This document shows positions 52,125 through 63,000 of a stretch of DNA of 64,000 nucleotides, one piece after another; position 1 is the first letter of the stretch, and every line of letters begins with the position of its first letter. The DNA is from a virus (lineage: Duplodnaviria > Caudoviricetes): IMG/VR virus record IMGVR_UViG_3300009671_000010, positions 32,001 through 96,000 of that record; one strand, given 5' to 3'. The notes beneath the pieces were generated by a model. The model saw only the letters and a program-made list of their open reading frames with translations. It had not been told where the DNA came from and did no database searches. Position numbers and translations under genes: made by a program.

Positions 52125-52649
52125 TTAATCTTTAATGATCTTCCATTCGATCATTTCATCCCTAGTTAACCAAGCATTTTTAGCTATAAGTGTTTTAACT
52201 TTATTGGGTGATATTTTTAAACGTTTTGACACATAATCAATATATGTAGTATATAAAATAGTATTACTTGCTTCTTCTTTTTTAAATTCACTATATGTTT
52301 GGCCATCAGTAAAAGTAATATGCTCATGTATAAACATTCTTCCATTAGGTAATACAATTCGAGTATCACCTAATAAGAATAAAAAGAATCCAGCACTTGA
52401 AGCTTCACCAAGTACTACTGTTGTTATTTTAAATTTATAAGTTGCTTTTAATAATTCAATACTATCTATCATTGAAAAACAATCACTAAGAAGTCCGCCA
52501 CAAGTACTAATATATATTACTAGTTCATTGTATTTTTCATCTTTCCAATCTGTATTAAATAGATCTGTTACTATTTCTTTATTTATTTCATGATTAATTT
52601 CACCAATTATAAATATTTGTTTAATAATAGCTTTCTTATTTGTACTCAT
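52125..52649 (-). CDS. clpP: ClpP-like ATP-dependent Clp protease proteolytic subunit
   Basis: IFIIGEI, YISTCGG, GEASSAG (catalytic Ser), RMFIHE (His), WLTRDEMIEWKII. Confidence 0.82.
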   Translation of the reverse strand: MSTNKKAIIKQIFIIGEINHEINKEIVTDLFNTDWKDEKYNELVIYISTCGGLLSDCFSMIDSIELLKATYKFKITTVVLGEASSAGFFLFLLGDTRIVLPNGRMFIHEHITFTDGQTYSEFKKEEASNTILYTTYIDYVSKRLKISPNKVKTLIAKNAWLTRDEMIEWKIIKD

Positions 52650-52924
52650 GATTGTTCCTTTGAATGTTTATTTTTGAACTTAGCAATGGACATATTAATA
52701 TAACAATTACATTTAGAACAAATATCTTTGTCTATACCTCTAGGCCAATCAGTTCTATCCATTAAACTTGAACATGTTATAGATGATATATTAGAATTTA
52801 AAATAGGACATTTAATTTTTCCTTTAAGTTCTAACTTTATCTTTTTATCATCTTTTCTAACGTACCATTCATTGTAGTGGATTTCTAGTTTTTTATTATA
52901 AATTGAAGCTATGAGTTTATTCAT
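52646..52924 (-). CDS. Small Cys-rich hypothetical protein
   Basis: IKCPI...ITC...ICSKCNC; ATGA-coupled to clpP. Confidence 0.6.
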   Translation of the reverse strand: MNKLIASIYNKKLEIHYNEWYVRKDDKKIKLELKGKIKCPILNSNISSITCSSLMDRTDWPRGIDKDICSKCNCYINMSIAKFKNKHSKEQS

Positions 52925-52945
52925 TTTTATATCTTTCGATAAGGT

Positions 52946-54097
52946 TTATTTGTTTTGTTTGTTTATTATATTTAAATAATCACTGAATGCTTTTTTCCAA
53001 CTAAAATTAGTGGATATGTATTCACTGATTGATTCATCTCTATTAGTATAAATATCTTTGTTATAAGTATTATTTAACATTAACGGTAATTCGTTTATAT
53101 CAATGTTTTCCCATTCACCCTGATCACCATTAAACCAAATTCCATCATTTGCTATTTCTTTTTCATTAAAATCTAATAATAAGTTTTTTTGGATCTCTGG
53201 TATATCTTTCAAATACTCTCTATGACCTAAAGTATTAGAAGCTATACATGGTATCCCACAAGATAGTTGTTCTATTAAAGGCAAGTTCCACGCTTCACCG
53301 TGGCTTAATTGAATACCTACATTAGCTGAATGATATAACATTGGCATTTCATTTATCTGTAGGTTAGGTGCTGTAAAATAAATATCACATTTATCTTTAG
53401 TAAACAAGTGTGCTTTTCCAGTATATCCTTTATATTCAAAACCATATTTTATAGGATTGATATCTGTCCAACACATTAGATTGACAAGAGGATTATCTTT
53501 AAATTTATTTACAAATGGATTAAAGGTATGTGCTATTAATGCAACGTCTTTATCCATCATTGTTAATATAAAGTTTGATATAATTTCATTTGTATATTTT
53601 CTTTTTTCTTTCTTTCCAACAGTTATATAGGTAAATTTTCCAGTATCAATCCACTTACTAGTCGGAATAGTATTATATATCGTATCATCTACTCCTTCAT
53701 GTAATACTTCAATTGGCTTTGTAATTCCATTATTTATTAATATATTTTTATGATCTTCACTTGTAGTTAAAACTATATTAGTAGGTCCATTATTTAACAT
53801 ATTTATAGACATCTGTTTTAATTTATATGTTTCAAATATTGAAAATGTTGTTAATGGATTACCGCAAGCCTGATAACTGTGGTTATCATGAAATATATAT
53901 AATGATGGATTCTTAGCATTAAAATTTATTAAATTATCACTTCCTTTTTTCCAATAAGATTCAAAATATGGATCTAATTGTGGTTGAGATATATTAACTA
54001 TAGATATGTCTTCACCTGCATCAATGGCTGCTTTTACCATATTTAGTGAATGAATTCCATATCCAAGATTACTTCCTGTTCCAAATATATTAATCAT
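52946..54097 (-). CDS. GT-B (GT4-like) glycosyltransferase
   Basis: GYGIHS, LHEGVDDTIY, VGKKEKRK, SHGEAWNLPLIEQLSCGIPCIAS. Confidence 0.88.
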   Translation of the reverse strand: MINIFGTGSNLGYGIHSLNMVKAAIDAGEDISIVNISQPQLDPYFESYWKKGSDNLINFNAKNPSLYIFHDNHSYQACGNPLTTFSIFETYKLKQMSINMLNNGPTNIVLTTSEDHKNILINNGITKPIEVLHEGVDDTIYNTIPTSKWIDTGKFTYITVGKKEKRKYTNEIISNFILTMMDKDVALIAHTFNPFVNKFKDNPLVNLMCWTDINPIKYGFEYKGYTGKAHLFTKDKCDIYFTAPNLQINEMPMLYHSANVGIQLSHGEAWNLPLIEQLSCGIPCIASNTLGHREYLKDIPEIQKNLLLDFNEKEIANDGIWFNGDQGEWENIDINELPLMLNNTYNKDIYTNRDESISEYISTNFSWKKAFSDYLNIINKQNK

Positions 54098-54116
54098 TGT
54101 GTATCTTTCTATTTAA

Positions 54117-54650
54117 TTATATACAATATGCAATTAGGATATCATTTACAGCATAACCATCTTCATAGCATAATTTATAATTAGAATTTATCTGTAGTAG
54201 CTTACTGGTAATAGTATTTAGTGTTATGTCTTTTCCCCAATGTTTACCTATTATCCTCATATCATCTATCATTATAGTATGATTTTTAATATTACTACTA
54301 GCTATTGCATCTAGTTCTTCATATAAAGGACAAGTTTTAATACCACATATACCATCATCTACATGTGCATCAAGCCAAAATGTAGTCGGTTTATCTAATA
54401 AAGGAATTAACTTTTTTAATTCAATTAATGAATCACCTGTAATTAAACATAATTGTTTTGATATAATATATTTATTATATTTTATTATATTATCTTCTTG
54501 TCTTAAAGGATCAATTTCGATACTAAATACTTTCTCAAATCCTTCATCTAGTGCTAAATGTACACAATCTCCATTTGCAGTACCAGTTTCTAAAAAATAC
54601 GGATTTTTATATTTAGATAATACTTTATGTGTTAATGTTGTTTGTATCAT
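54117..54650 (-). CDS. Class I SAM-dependent methyltransferase-like protein
   Basis: FLETGTANGD, SIEID, ITGDS, FWLDAH, IMIDDMR. Confidence 0.7.
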   Translation of the reverse strand: MIQTTLTHKVLSKYKNPYFLETGTANGDCVHLALDEGFEKVFSIEIDPLRQEDNIIKYNKYIISKQLCLITGDSLIELKKLIPLLDKPTTFWLDAHVDDGICGIKTCPLYEELDAIASSNIKNHTIMIDDMRIIGKHWGKDITLNTITSKLLQINSNYKLCYEDGYAVNDILIAYCI

Positions 54651-55473
54651 ATATATCTATGTTTCTATAAATAAGTGAAAAATGTAAAAATGAACTATTT
54701 GATGTAATTAATGGAGTAGATCTTGATAAAATTAACATATCTATAAATCCTTCAATTATTGATTGTTTAGATCTGAAAACATTAAATGGCATACACCTAC
54801 CTTCATTATCAGTATACATTGAATTCCATGAACCATCTATTGCTTTTTGAACATAAGATGTTTTACTATATACATATACATTATTCATTTTATTAAAATA
54901 ATCTTCTGTTTCTTTATCATCTGAACAAACAAAATATCTTTTATCTGATGATATAAAATTTGATAGTTGATTATTTGGTATACCCACATTAGCATCAGTT
55001 CTTCGTATATGAATACCAATTGTATCAGAATTTATATTATTATATAAACAAAAATTTTTAACTTCATTAAGAATATAGTTATTAATTTTTATTGAATCCA
55101 GTACTTTAATTGATTCATATATAGGTATAAATTTTGGAATTGAATTGTTATAATATATAATGTTAGTTTGAGTATTTTTTAACATTATAATATTTTCTTC
55201 AATAATAGGTATCATCTTTAGATCTAAATTAGTTTGATTTTCATGTATTAAAAATATATTATCTTTATTTTTAAGAAATAAATCATTTATATTATCAGTT
55301 ATAACATTATATTTTATATTAAATAAATCTTCATAATTACAATTACACCAACTATTACACGGCCAACATATTACTGGATTTAAATTTAATTTACTAGCTA
55401 TTACTAATCCCCCAACAAGTGAACCCAGTCTATTTCCTAAACCACCATCACATAATATAATAATATCAGACAT
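54625..55473 (-). CDS. Fucosyltransferase-like glycosyltransferase (GT11/GT23/O-FucT-like)
   Basis: GGLGNRL, GIHIRRTD, FVCSDD, DMLILS...SSF GDP-sugar-binding motifs. Confidence 0.8.
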   Translation of the reverse strand: MSDIIILCDGGLGNRLGSLVGGLVIASKLNLNPVICWPCNSWCNCNYEDLFNIKYNVITDNINDLFLKNKDNIFLIHENQTNLDLKMIPIIEENIIMLKNTQTNIIYYNNSIPKFIPIYESIKVLDSIKINNYILNEVKNFCLYNNINSDTIGIHIRRTDANVGIPNNQLSNFISSDKRYFVCSDDKETEDYFNKMNNVYVYSKTSYVQKAIDGSWNSMYTDNEGRCMPFNVFRSKQSIIEGFIDMLILSRSTPLITSNSSFLHFSLIYRNIDIYDTNNINT

Positions 55474-56074
55474 TATTTCTCCTAAATACTACATTACCAG
55501 CTCCATTATTTTCATCAAATGTATCTACAATAGTAAAATTTTTGGATATCATATATTCATTTAATTCATGTAAACCTTGATTGCCTTCATATAATTCAAC
55601 ATTAATATATTCTGCAATGACTAGGTCCATGTTATTAATATAATTATCAAATTCTTTAATAACATTAAGATCATATCCTTGTGTATCTATTACTAGAACG
55701 TTATAGTTCGAATAATTATATTGAGGATTATTTTTCATAAAAGTTGTAAATCTATTAACTGTAACATGTGTTTTATCATTAAATAAAATATCAGGATAAA
55801 TATTTATATGTTTTTTGGGCCTCAGTAGTGAAGATGATTCATCCATATTAGATGACTTATATATTTTTTTTATTCCGTCTTCATTTCCTAAAGCTATATT
55901 AAAAATATCAATATCGTTAAATTTATTTTTAAATAAAAAGCTGGCTGTTAGTGAAGGTTCAAATGCTAATATATTATTTGTATAAGTTTTAAATAATGAA
56001 ATTTCCTGACCTATATTTGCACCTACTTGAATTATTCCTTTTATATCTATTGTATCTAAGTATTTTTTAAACAT
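55466..56074 (-). CDS. FkbM-family methyltransferase
   Basis: QVGANIGQE, AFEP, IALGN, SSSLL, IDTQGYDLNVI, ELYEG. Confidence 0.9.
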   Translation of the reverse strand: MFKKYLDTIDIKGIIQVGANIGQEISLFKTYTNNILAFEPSLTASFLFKNKFNDIDIFNIALGNEDGIKKIYKSSNMDESSSLLRPKKHINIYPDILFNDKTHVTVNRFTTFMKNNPQYNYSNYNVLVIDTQGYDLNVIKEFDNYINNMDLVIAEYINVELYEGNQGLHELNEYMISKNFTIVDTFDENNGAGNVVFRRNNV

Positions 56075-57402
56075 TAAAATCCTCTCTTTATTCCTTTTTC
56101 ATATGGTATATTAAACTTATTAAAATAATAATCTATTGGAGCTTTATATTCTTTGTTTTTTAATTCTTGTTTTAACCATAAAAATTCTTGTACAACTTCT
56201 CTATCAAGGAATGGATATCTCATTTCTATACCAAAACTTCCACCGACATATTCTTCCTTTGCAATATATGATTCCATTGTACTTTCATAAAAACTTGGCC
56301 AGGGAAATATAGATTTTAAATCTTCTGGAAAATATCCACCGAAAGTACTGTGATTATATATTTTAACATTATTAAATCCATAATCTGAAATAATTTCATC
56401 TGCTCCTGTACCAGATAGACATATGACACATTTATCTTGTATAGCCATTTTACAGATAGTAGCAAAATTATTAGAACCATAATCATTAATAAGCAGAGTG
56501 TTAAATTCATTATAATTACTTGAACCAGATCTTATTGTATATAAAAATGGTTCAGTTGTTTTTTTAATCCAATTGTGTGAATTAATATATAAATCATCAT
56601 TTTTTGATTGTATTTTACTTTTTATATTATCTGAATTGGATAAAATTCTTTGATTAATAATATAATCATTTTCTGAACCAATCAAAGTATATGTAAAACA
56701 TTTTGTATTTGTTTTTATTAATTCAGAATGTATTAATCCACTATCATACCCACTACTTAAACCAATAAATATATTTTTATTAGTATTTGAAACTCTTTTT
56801 ATTATTGATTTTCTGAATGAATTAATCCAATCGTCATAATTATCTTTAAATTGTTTTAGATCAAAATCGTAAATATTATATGAATTATAAAATCCATTAT
56901 CTAAATTAAAAACATAATATGTGTTTGGTTTAGCTTTAAATATTTGTTTATAATCTAATAATTGTAGTGGTTGTTTATATGTTGAACATGATATATTATT
57001 GTTATCTATTCCTATAAATAATGGTTTTGTTTTAAATGTATCAGTACTTATTAATACTATTTTTTTTCTATAATCTACTAAGCATATGGCAAATTCACCA
57101 TCTAATTTTTTAATAAAATTTGTACCAAATTCTTTATATAGCGGAATTATACATTCACCGTCTGTATTATAATTTCCAAAATCTCTATAGTTATAAATCT
57201 CACCATTATATATTAATGCTATGTCATCATCATAAAAAGGTTGTGTTTTAAATTCACCAGTAATCGATAATAAATTATGTATATATAAATGTTCATTTAT
57301 TTCAACCATGGATGTATAATCTGGTCCTCTAAACTTTAAGTAATAATTAAGTTCATTATAATTTTTATAATTATTTTTTGTTGAAAATAAAATACTACAC
57401 AT
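56074..57402 (-). CDS. Asparagine-synthetase-like glutamine amidotransferase (probably glycan amidation)
   Basis: True start MCSI at 57402 (GGAG RBS; Ntn Cys2); RGPD, YNGEIYNY, LDGEFA, LSSGYDS, SGTGADE, EMRYPFLD. Confidence 0.88.
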   Translation of the reverse strand: MCSILFSTKNNYKNYNELNYYLKFRGPDYTSMVEINEHLYIHNLLSITGEFKTQPFYDDDIALIYNGEIYNYRDFGNYNTDGECIIPLYKEFGTNFIKKLDGEFAICLVDYRKKIVLISTDTFKTKPLFIGIDNNNISCSTYKQPLQLLDYKQIFKAKPNTYYVFNLDNGFYNSYNIYDFDLKQFKDNYDDWINSFRKSIIKRVSNTNKNIFIGLSSGYDSGLIHSELIKTNTKCFTYTLIGSENDYIINQRILSNSDNIKSKIQSKNDDLYINSHNWIKKTTEPFLYTIRSGSSNYNEFNTLLINDYGSNNFATICKMAIQDKCVICLSGTGADEIISDYGFNNVKIYNHSTFGGYFPEDLKSIFPWPSFYESTMESYIAKEEYVGGSFGIEMRYPFLDREVVQEFLWLKQELKNKEYKAPIDYYFNKFNIPYEKGIKRGF

Positions 57403-57410
57403 TATATCTC

Positions 57411-57998
57411 CTAGCTTCCATGTGGTCTCCATCTAAAAATTTCTTCTTTAACTTTTTGTTCCAAAAGAATAAAATTATTATAATTAGTTTTCCACATAGA
57501 ATATAATAATGATGGTTGATCACGTTTCATACCTTGTTGATATTCATTATACCAAATATCTTGACAATATTGAAGATCCAAGTCATGTGTTTTTCTTATT
57601 AGAACATTATTTTCCATTAATTGAATTTTATCATCAAATCCTTCTTTTTTCCATTTATCATATCGATTAAGTACATCATGTGATAATAATCCTCTCTTAA
57701 TACATTCTTCTATTTCTTCTTTAGCAGTTGTTCTATCAGGATGTTTAAAAAATATAGCAGATTTATTACTATTTGATAACATATTACATAATGATATAAG
57801 TTTATCTGGATATAATAATGTCATATTAGCATCACAATATACTGTAATTATAGAATGAAATAGGTATTGTGGATTCATTTTATAAAATCTATCTGATTTA
57901 TTTCCAGTAATTAATATACTGGAAATATCATCATTAAGATTATGATTACTAATTCTTTTTTCATAATTATTAGTATTTACAGAATATAATAAAATCAT
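57411..57998 (-). CDS. DUF616/TOD1-MUCI70-like glycosyltransferase
   Basis: YSVNTNNYE, RFYKMNP, YCDAN, FKHPDR, RDQPSL; probable ATG at 57998. Confidence 0.75.
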   Translation of the reverse strand: MILLYSVNTNNYEKRISNHNLNDDISSILITGNKSDRFYKMNPQYLFHSIITVYCDANMTLLYPDKLISLCNMLSNSNKSAIFFKHPDRTTAKEEIEECIKRGLLSHDVLNRYDKWKKEGFDDKIQLMENNVLIRKTHDLDLQYCQDIWYNEYQQGMKRDQPSLLYSMWKTNYNNFILLEQKVKEEIFRWRPHGS

Positions 57999-58000
57999 TA

Positions 58001-58675
58001 TTATTTCTTCCAATCCACTAATGGACAGATCCAAGGATCATGACAGTGAGTTGCATATCCAGGTATAGGTACTATCAAATCACGAAATTGTAACAATTCC
58101 CGCCACATATTGTAATCATCAGGCGTAGTATTTTTTACATAGTTTCTCATTATATTACCTGTATTTTTAATATCAGATATACGTGCAGCAAAAGTCATAG
58201 TAGTACTGTTGGTTGTTTTCCAATGAGTAGAATTAGTAAGATAAACTTTGGATGTTTCAGCTCCTATACTTCTTACAATTGGATTAGGACTATCTAAAAG
58301 ATATTTATCAGGATGATCATATAGTGTAACAAATGTTGCAATTTCTAATCCTTCTAATATAATGTCTTTTGATTTCGGTTTATGTAGATAATCATCTTCT
58401 ACAAAATAAACTATGTCGTCATCTTTATATGAATTTGCAATTTCAAGTGCTTTAATAAAGCTACCTGAATTTCCAGCATTAGTTTCCACTATAGTAAATT
58501 TATTTGACTTAGTAAAATCATTAACTACTACTTTACTTGTATTATCAAATATTATTGTGAATCCTTCCCCAAATACATCTATAAAATTATATAGACAATC
58601 AAATTTTGTAATATTATCATAGTGCGTTAATATTCTATTATCACAGAATCTGTATATTATTTTGAAATCACTTAT
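58001..58675 (-). CDS. GT-A fold glycosyltransferase; frame extends 62 codons upstream of the ORF-track start
   Basis: IVYFVEDDYLH, TLYDHPDKY, STTMTFA, PIPGYATH; open frame back to ATA at 58675. Confidence 0.75.
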   Translation of the reverse strand: MSDFKIIYRFCDNRILTHYDNITKFDCLYNFIDVFGEGFTIIFDNTSKVVVNDFTKSNKFTIVETNAGNSGSFIKALEIANSYKDDDIVYFVEDDYLHKPKSKDIILEGLEIATFVTLYDHPDKYLLDSPNPIVRSIGAETSKVYLTNSTHWKTTNSTTMTFAARISDIKNTGNIMRNYVKNTTPDDYNMWRELLQFRDLIVPIPGYATHCHDPWICPLVDWKK

Positions 58676-59306
58676 TAAAACTAGTAAATCCTTTCCAATT
58701 ACTTATATCTGTTTGTTTGAAATCATGAAAACCAAATTGATCCGTCCAGATTCTTCCCTGTTTCATATTACCTTCTAATGAAAATCTTTTAGCCAAACTC
58801 TCTGGTGCATATGTGATTCCTTCTTTTTCCATAAGATTTCTATACGTACGACAAAGAATTAAATCTTCTGGATTAAAATTTTTAATTGGTAATCTAGAAC
58901 TAACATCTAGAAATTTTTTAGATCTAAGGCTAAATCCACCATTACCGACATTCATATTATCATCATACCACCAAGGTGCTCCGATATAATCATAATTAAG
59001 AAATTCATCTGTCCAAGCATCTGGATTTAATATGTATCCATCCCATTGAATACATAATGCAAAATCTGTGTCAACATAGCTAGTGAGATCTTTAATCATA
59101 AATCTACTATAATCTTGGATAGTATTTATATCATATATTTTAACAATCTTATCTCCTGCAAAATCATTTTTATTATACAATAAAGATGTAAGCAGTTTTA
59201 TTTCTTTAAATTTTATTTTGCTTTTACTAATCTTTATGGCATGATTTGCTCTATGTACGTTAACACAATCAACACACACTAATGTTACATTATTTAATTC
59301 TATCAT
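58668..59306 (-). CDS. DUF5672-like (glycosyltransferase-related) protein
   Basis: QWDGYILN...FLNYDYIGAPW...VGNGGFSLRSK...ED...FGFH. Confidence 0.82.
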   Translation of the reverse strand: MIELNNVTLVCVDCVNVHRANHAIKISKSKIKFKEIKLLTSLLYNKNDFAGDKIVKIYDINTIQDYSRFMIKDLTSYVDTDFALCIQWDGYILNPDAWTDEFLNYDYIGAPWWYDDNMNVGNGGFSLRSKKFLDVSSRLPIKNFNPEDLILCRTYRNLMEKEGITYAPESLAKRFSLEGNMKQGRIWTDQFGFHDFKQTDISNWKGFTSFNK

Positions 59307-59563
59307 TTTCTATACCATCCCATTTTGTTCATTTCAATTTCTGGTATTTGTTGCAGTGAAAATCCATCAGGTAATACAAGAATTGGTCGTTCCATATTTA
59401 ATTGTTTCAAACCATCGAATAAAGATTTAACTATTTCTTCCATCTCTGAAACTTTGATATTTTTTGTATCAACTGTACAAACTAATATACTTGAATCATT
59501 TAGATTTAATGAATTTAATTTATCCATTAATAAATCACTATACACTATTTTTCTTAGATTCAT
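59303..59563 (-). CDS. Hypothetical protein
   Basis: 86-aa ORF coupled to neighbours. Confidence 0.6.
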   Translation of the reverse strand: MNLRKIVYSDLLMDKLNSLNLNDSSILVCTVDTKNIKVSEMEEIVKSLFDGLKQLNMERPILVLPDGFSLQQIPEIEMNKMGWYRK

Positions 59564-60071
59564 AATCTATCCATACTGTATTGTGTATATCTTCTAGATC
59601 TGTTTTTTTAAAATAAATAAATTTATCTTTTCTTCCAAATCTTCTATATAATGTATAAAGTTTCTTATTTTCACGAGGAGATAATAATGGCTCCGATAAA
59701 ATATCTACGGTGTTTTCAACGTAATCAACTAGTTTTACTCTGTTGATTAACATAAATCCGTTTTCTGTTTCAAACGCAATATAATCAGCTTTACCATAAA
59801 TCCATCCAGGATATCCAGTAATTCCTTTAATTTCAATACATATCCATTCAGATTGTTGATTATTATCATTTCTGTTAACTCTTTTCAATCCTTTTACTTC
59901 TATTTTATAAGAATTTCCATTAGGATATGTTATTAGCACATCCCAATGTTCAATTCTATCTTGTTTACTTGATGCAAAGGAATAATTAATATCTCTATCT
60001 TTACACATTCTAGTAAATTTTTCAATGCCTTTTATTCCTATTTGTTCTGAATTATTTGTTTTGAAGTTCAT
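59538..60071 (-). CDS. PD-(D/E)xK-family nuclease
   Basis: E...DRIEHWDVLI...KIEVKG; GWIYGKADYIAF. Confidence 0.7.
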   Translation of the reverse strand: MNFKTNNSEQIGIKGIEKFTRMCKDRDINYSFASSKQDRIEHWDVLITYPNGNSYKIEVKGLKRVNRNDNNQQSEWICIEIKGITGYPGWIYGKADYIAFETENGFMLINRVKLVDYVENTVDILSEPLLSPRENKKLYTLYRRFGRKDKFIYFKKTDLEDIHNTVWIDYESKKNSV

Positions 60072-63000
60072 GGTAAATATTTTAAATTCATATGTTTATT
60101 ATTTAAATCTCTTAAGTCTCTTTTAACTAGTTCTGGATCTAAATTTTTAAATCTATCCTGTTCAAAGTTTAATGGAATTGAATCAAGTAAATCTACCCAA
60201 TCTTCTGTAACAGTATCCCATTGTAATTTCTTTCCAAGATCTATTCCTTTTCTACTATATTCTCTACACATTTTTTCACTATTATAAAGAAGCTCTAACT
60301 GTTTAGCTGTATGATTTACATCAACTAGGGCCTTTATAAAGCCAGTTCGTGTTTCATGTTCGTATGCTGATACTTTACTTAATAAAAAAGTATCTTTTCC
60401 CCAATCAGCCGCAGCGGAATAGTTAGTAGTTATATTTGGAATACCTGCGGCAGCAGTTTCTAACAAAGGAAGACAGTTATGTACAGCAAAACCATCTGTT
60501 AAATATGATTCGTCATTTTCTACAGATATATTGTACACTTTTCCAGAATATTCTTTTTTGAATATTTTCTTAATTGGTATATAAAAATAATCATTATCTT
60601 CTAACACATAATCTATTTTTTTTCTTTTTATTGAAAAATCTATATTATTACATTTATTTATAAATTCTTTACACTTTTTTAAATCTTTAAATAATTGTAT
60701 TTGTACTACAATAGAATTTCTATTTATTTTTCTTTTTGTAATATATATTTTACTATATATTCCTAAAGTTAGAAATAAATATTTAATTTGATAAGATAAT
60801 ACTTCACTTGTAGTAGTGTAAACAATACCATTTTTGTTACTTACATGTCCGTCTCCTTCTATTACACCATTTAAGAATTTTTTACATAAAACCTCATTAG
60901 TTTTAAGTATATCATAAATTTCAGTTGGTATTTTTTTATTGTATGCTTTAGATCCAAATGATTTAAATAAATTTGATAAGGTTCTAGAAGTGATACATAT
61001 ATTTTCTCTATTTCTTTTCATTATATAGCTCTTATAGTTTAATTTTAATTTATTTGCTAATTCTATTGTATTATTTCTAATAATATCATCTGAAGAAGCA
61101 TTTATTGATATTTTTATATCATCGTGACCGCACGAACCTTCTGCTATATAATTTCCTATAAATTCAGCAGTATTCTCATCTATTGTTAGTTTTAAACTTA
61201 CAGGTTTTGATTTTAAATTAGGTTTATTATTTTTTAATCCATAAATAAAATTATTTTTTTCTACTACTTTATACTCTGTATATTTTTCAATCATGTATTT
61301 TGTATCAATTACATTTTCTATACTATCTAACTTTTTGTATTTTGGTAAACATAAATAATGACCTTTATTTACAAATCCAGCTGGTACCCATTCTTTTAAC
61401 AATTCTTTGTTTGCTACAAATAATCTATGATTAGGAGTAAACCATACAGTTAAACTTGAGCCAAGATATTTAAATCCATACATAGTTCCTGTATAATTTC
61501 TAGATAATGGTTCTATTACTTTATTAATATTACCATTATGTGTTATTACTAAATCATCTTTGTTAAAATCTTGTAATTGTTTAATGCCATCAGGTGTAAT
61601 TATACGGGTATCACCAAAACTACACCAACCCTCACTATTTGATAATAAAATATGTGCATCAAAACAATTAGCTATCTCATTTAATTGTGTAGTAGTTGGT
61701 CCTTTACCAGGTACTAAATCTTTATTAAAAATACAATATTCATCTACTCCGTAATATTTAGCTAGCCATGGTAAGTTCCATCCTAATTCATCATTTGGTG
61801 AACAATGAAAGTATACTCTCAAGTCTCTATTTGGTTTTTGATACTTCTCTTTGAATATTTTAACAACTTGTAAAACTGCATCAAATCGCTTGCGCGGTTG
61901 GTTACGTGAGATACTATTATGTACACCAACATTTCCTATAACATAACTATTTTTATTTTTAACTTCAAAATTATAAACTGTACCATTGAAGTATTTTTTA
62001 TTAATAGAATTAATCCTTCTATATATAAAATTATTATGTATTTTAATGTGTAATTCTTTTAAATTAGTAGTTACTCTATATTTAATTGAATGTTTGGAAT
62101 TAAGTCTATTGCAATAATTATCAACTGTTATTGAACAAGCTATTTTATTTCTCGCATACAAGATCTCTGCTTGCCTAGCCATTTCTTTACAGGTTGTTAT
62201 TACAATTTGTCTACCATCACGAGTATTACAACCATTTCCTTCTTCCCATCCTTTTAAAAATGCAAGTTGTTTATAAGGGGGTAATAATAAAAATTCTTTC
62301 GAAAGTGACTTAGTTTGGCATTTATCTCCATTCAAAAGTTTTTTAAATAATCTAAACAGTTGTACTGAATTAACTTCAATAGTTACATGACCAATATCCA
62401 TAGAATTTCTATATGATACTCTAGTATTCGTATTTACATTTAGTTTTCTAGAATAATCTTCTACAAATTTAATTAACTCTGGTTCTTTTGAATTAAAATT
62501 AAAATACAAGCTCGCTTCATATTTTTTTCCTCTTGCCCATGAATATTGAAAGCTTCCTTCAGCAACAAATAAACCAAGATATCTCATAAAATCCTCATCC
62601 AGTTTTATTTTGTTTGGTAATTTTTTTGCATTTTTCATTTTAACTTCAATTTCATCTGTCGATATTTCATCAATATCTATTATATCTGTAATAATTGGTT
62701 CTACGAGCCATGATCCTTCTTTTAAATTTTTTATTTCTATCCATTCTGGATCTTGCCTATTAAAACATGTATTAATAGATGGATAACCATGTTTTTGATT
62801 AGGATGTATAGCATAAAATGGATGTTCTTGTGTTGCTGTGATTGGATCCAATATACCAGCTATGTTGAGTGTATATATATCACCATTATATTCTTTTGGA
62901 TCTGGTGATATGACATAATCTTTTTCACCAAGGTGATTTATTATTTCATCACCTGATTTTATATCCTGAATGGGTTTGGTAGTTAGATCAGACATTAAAA

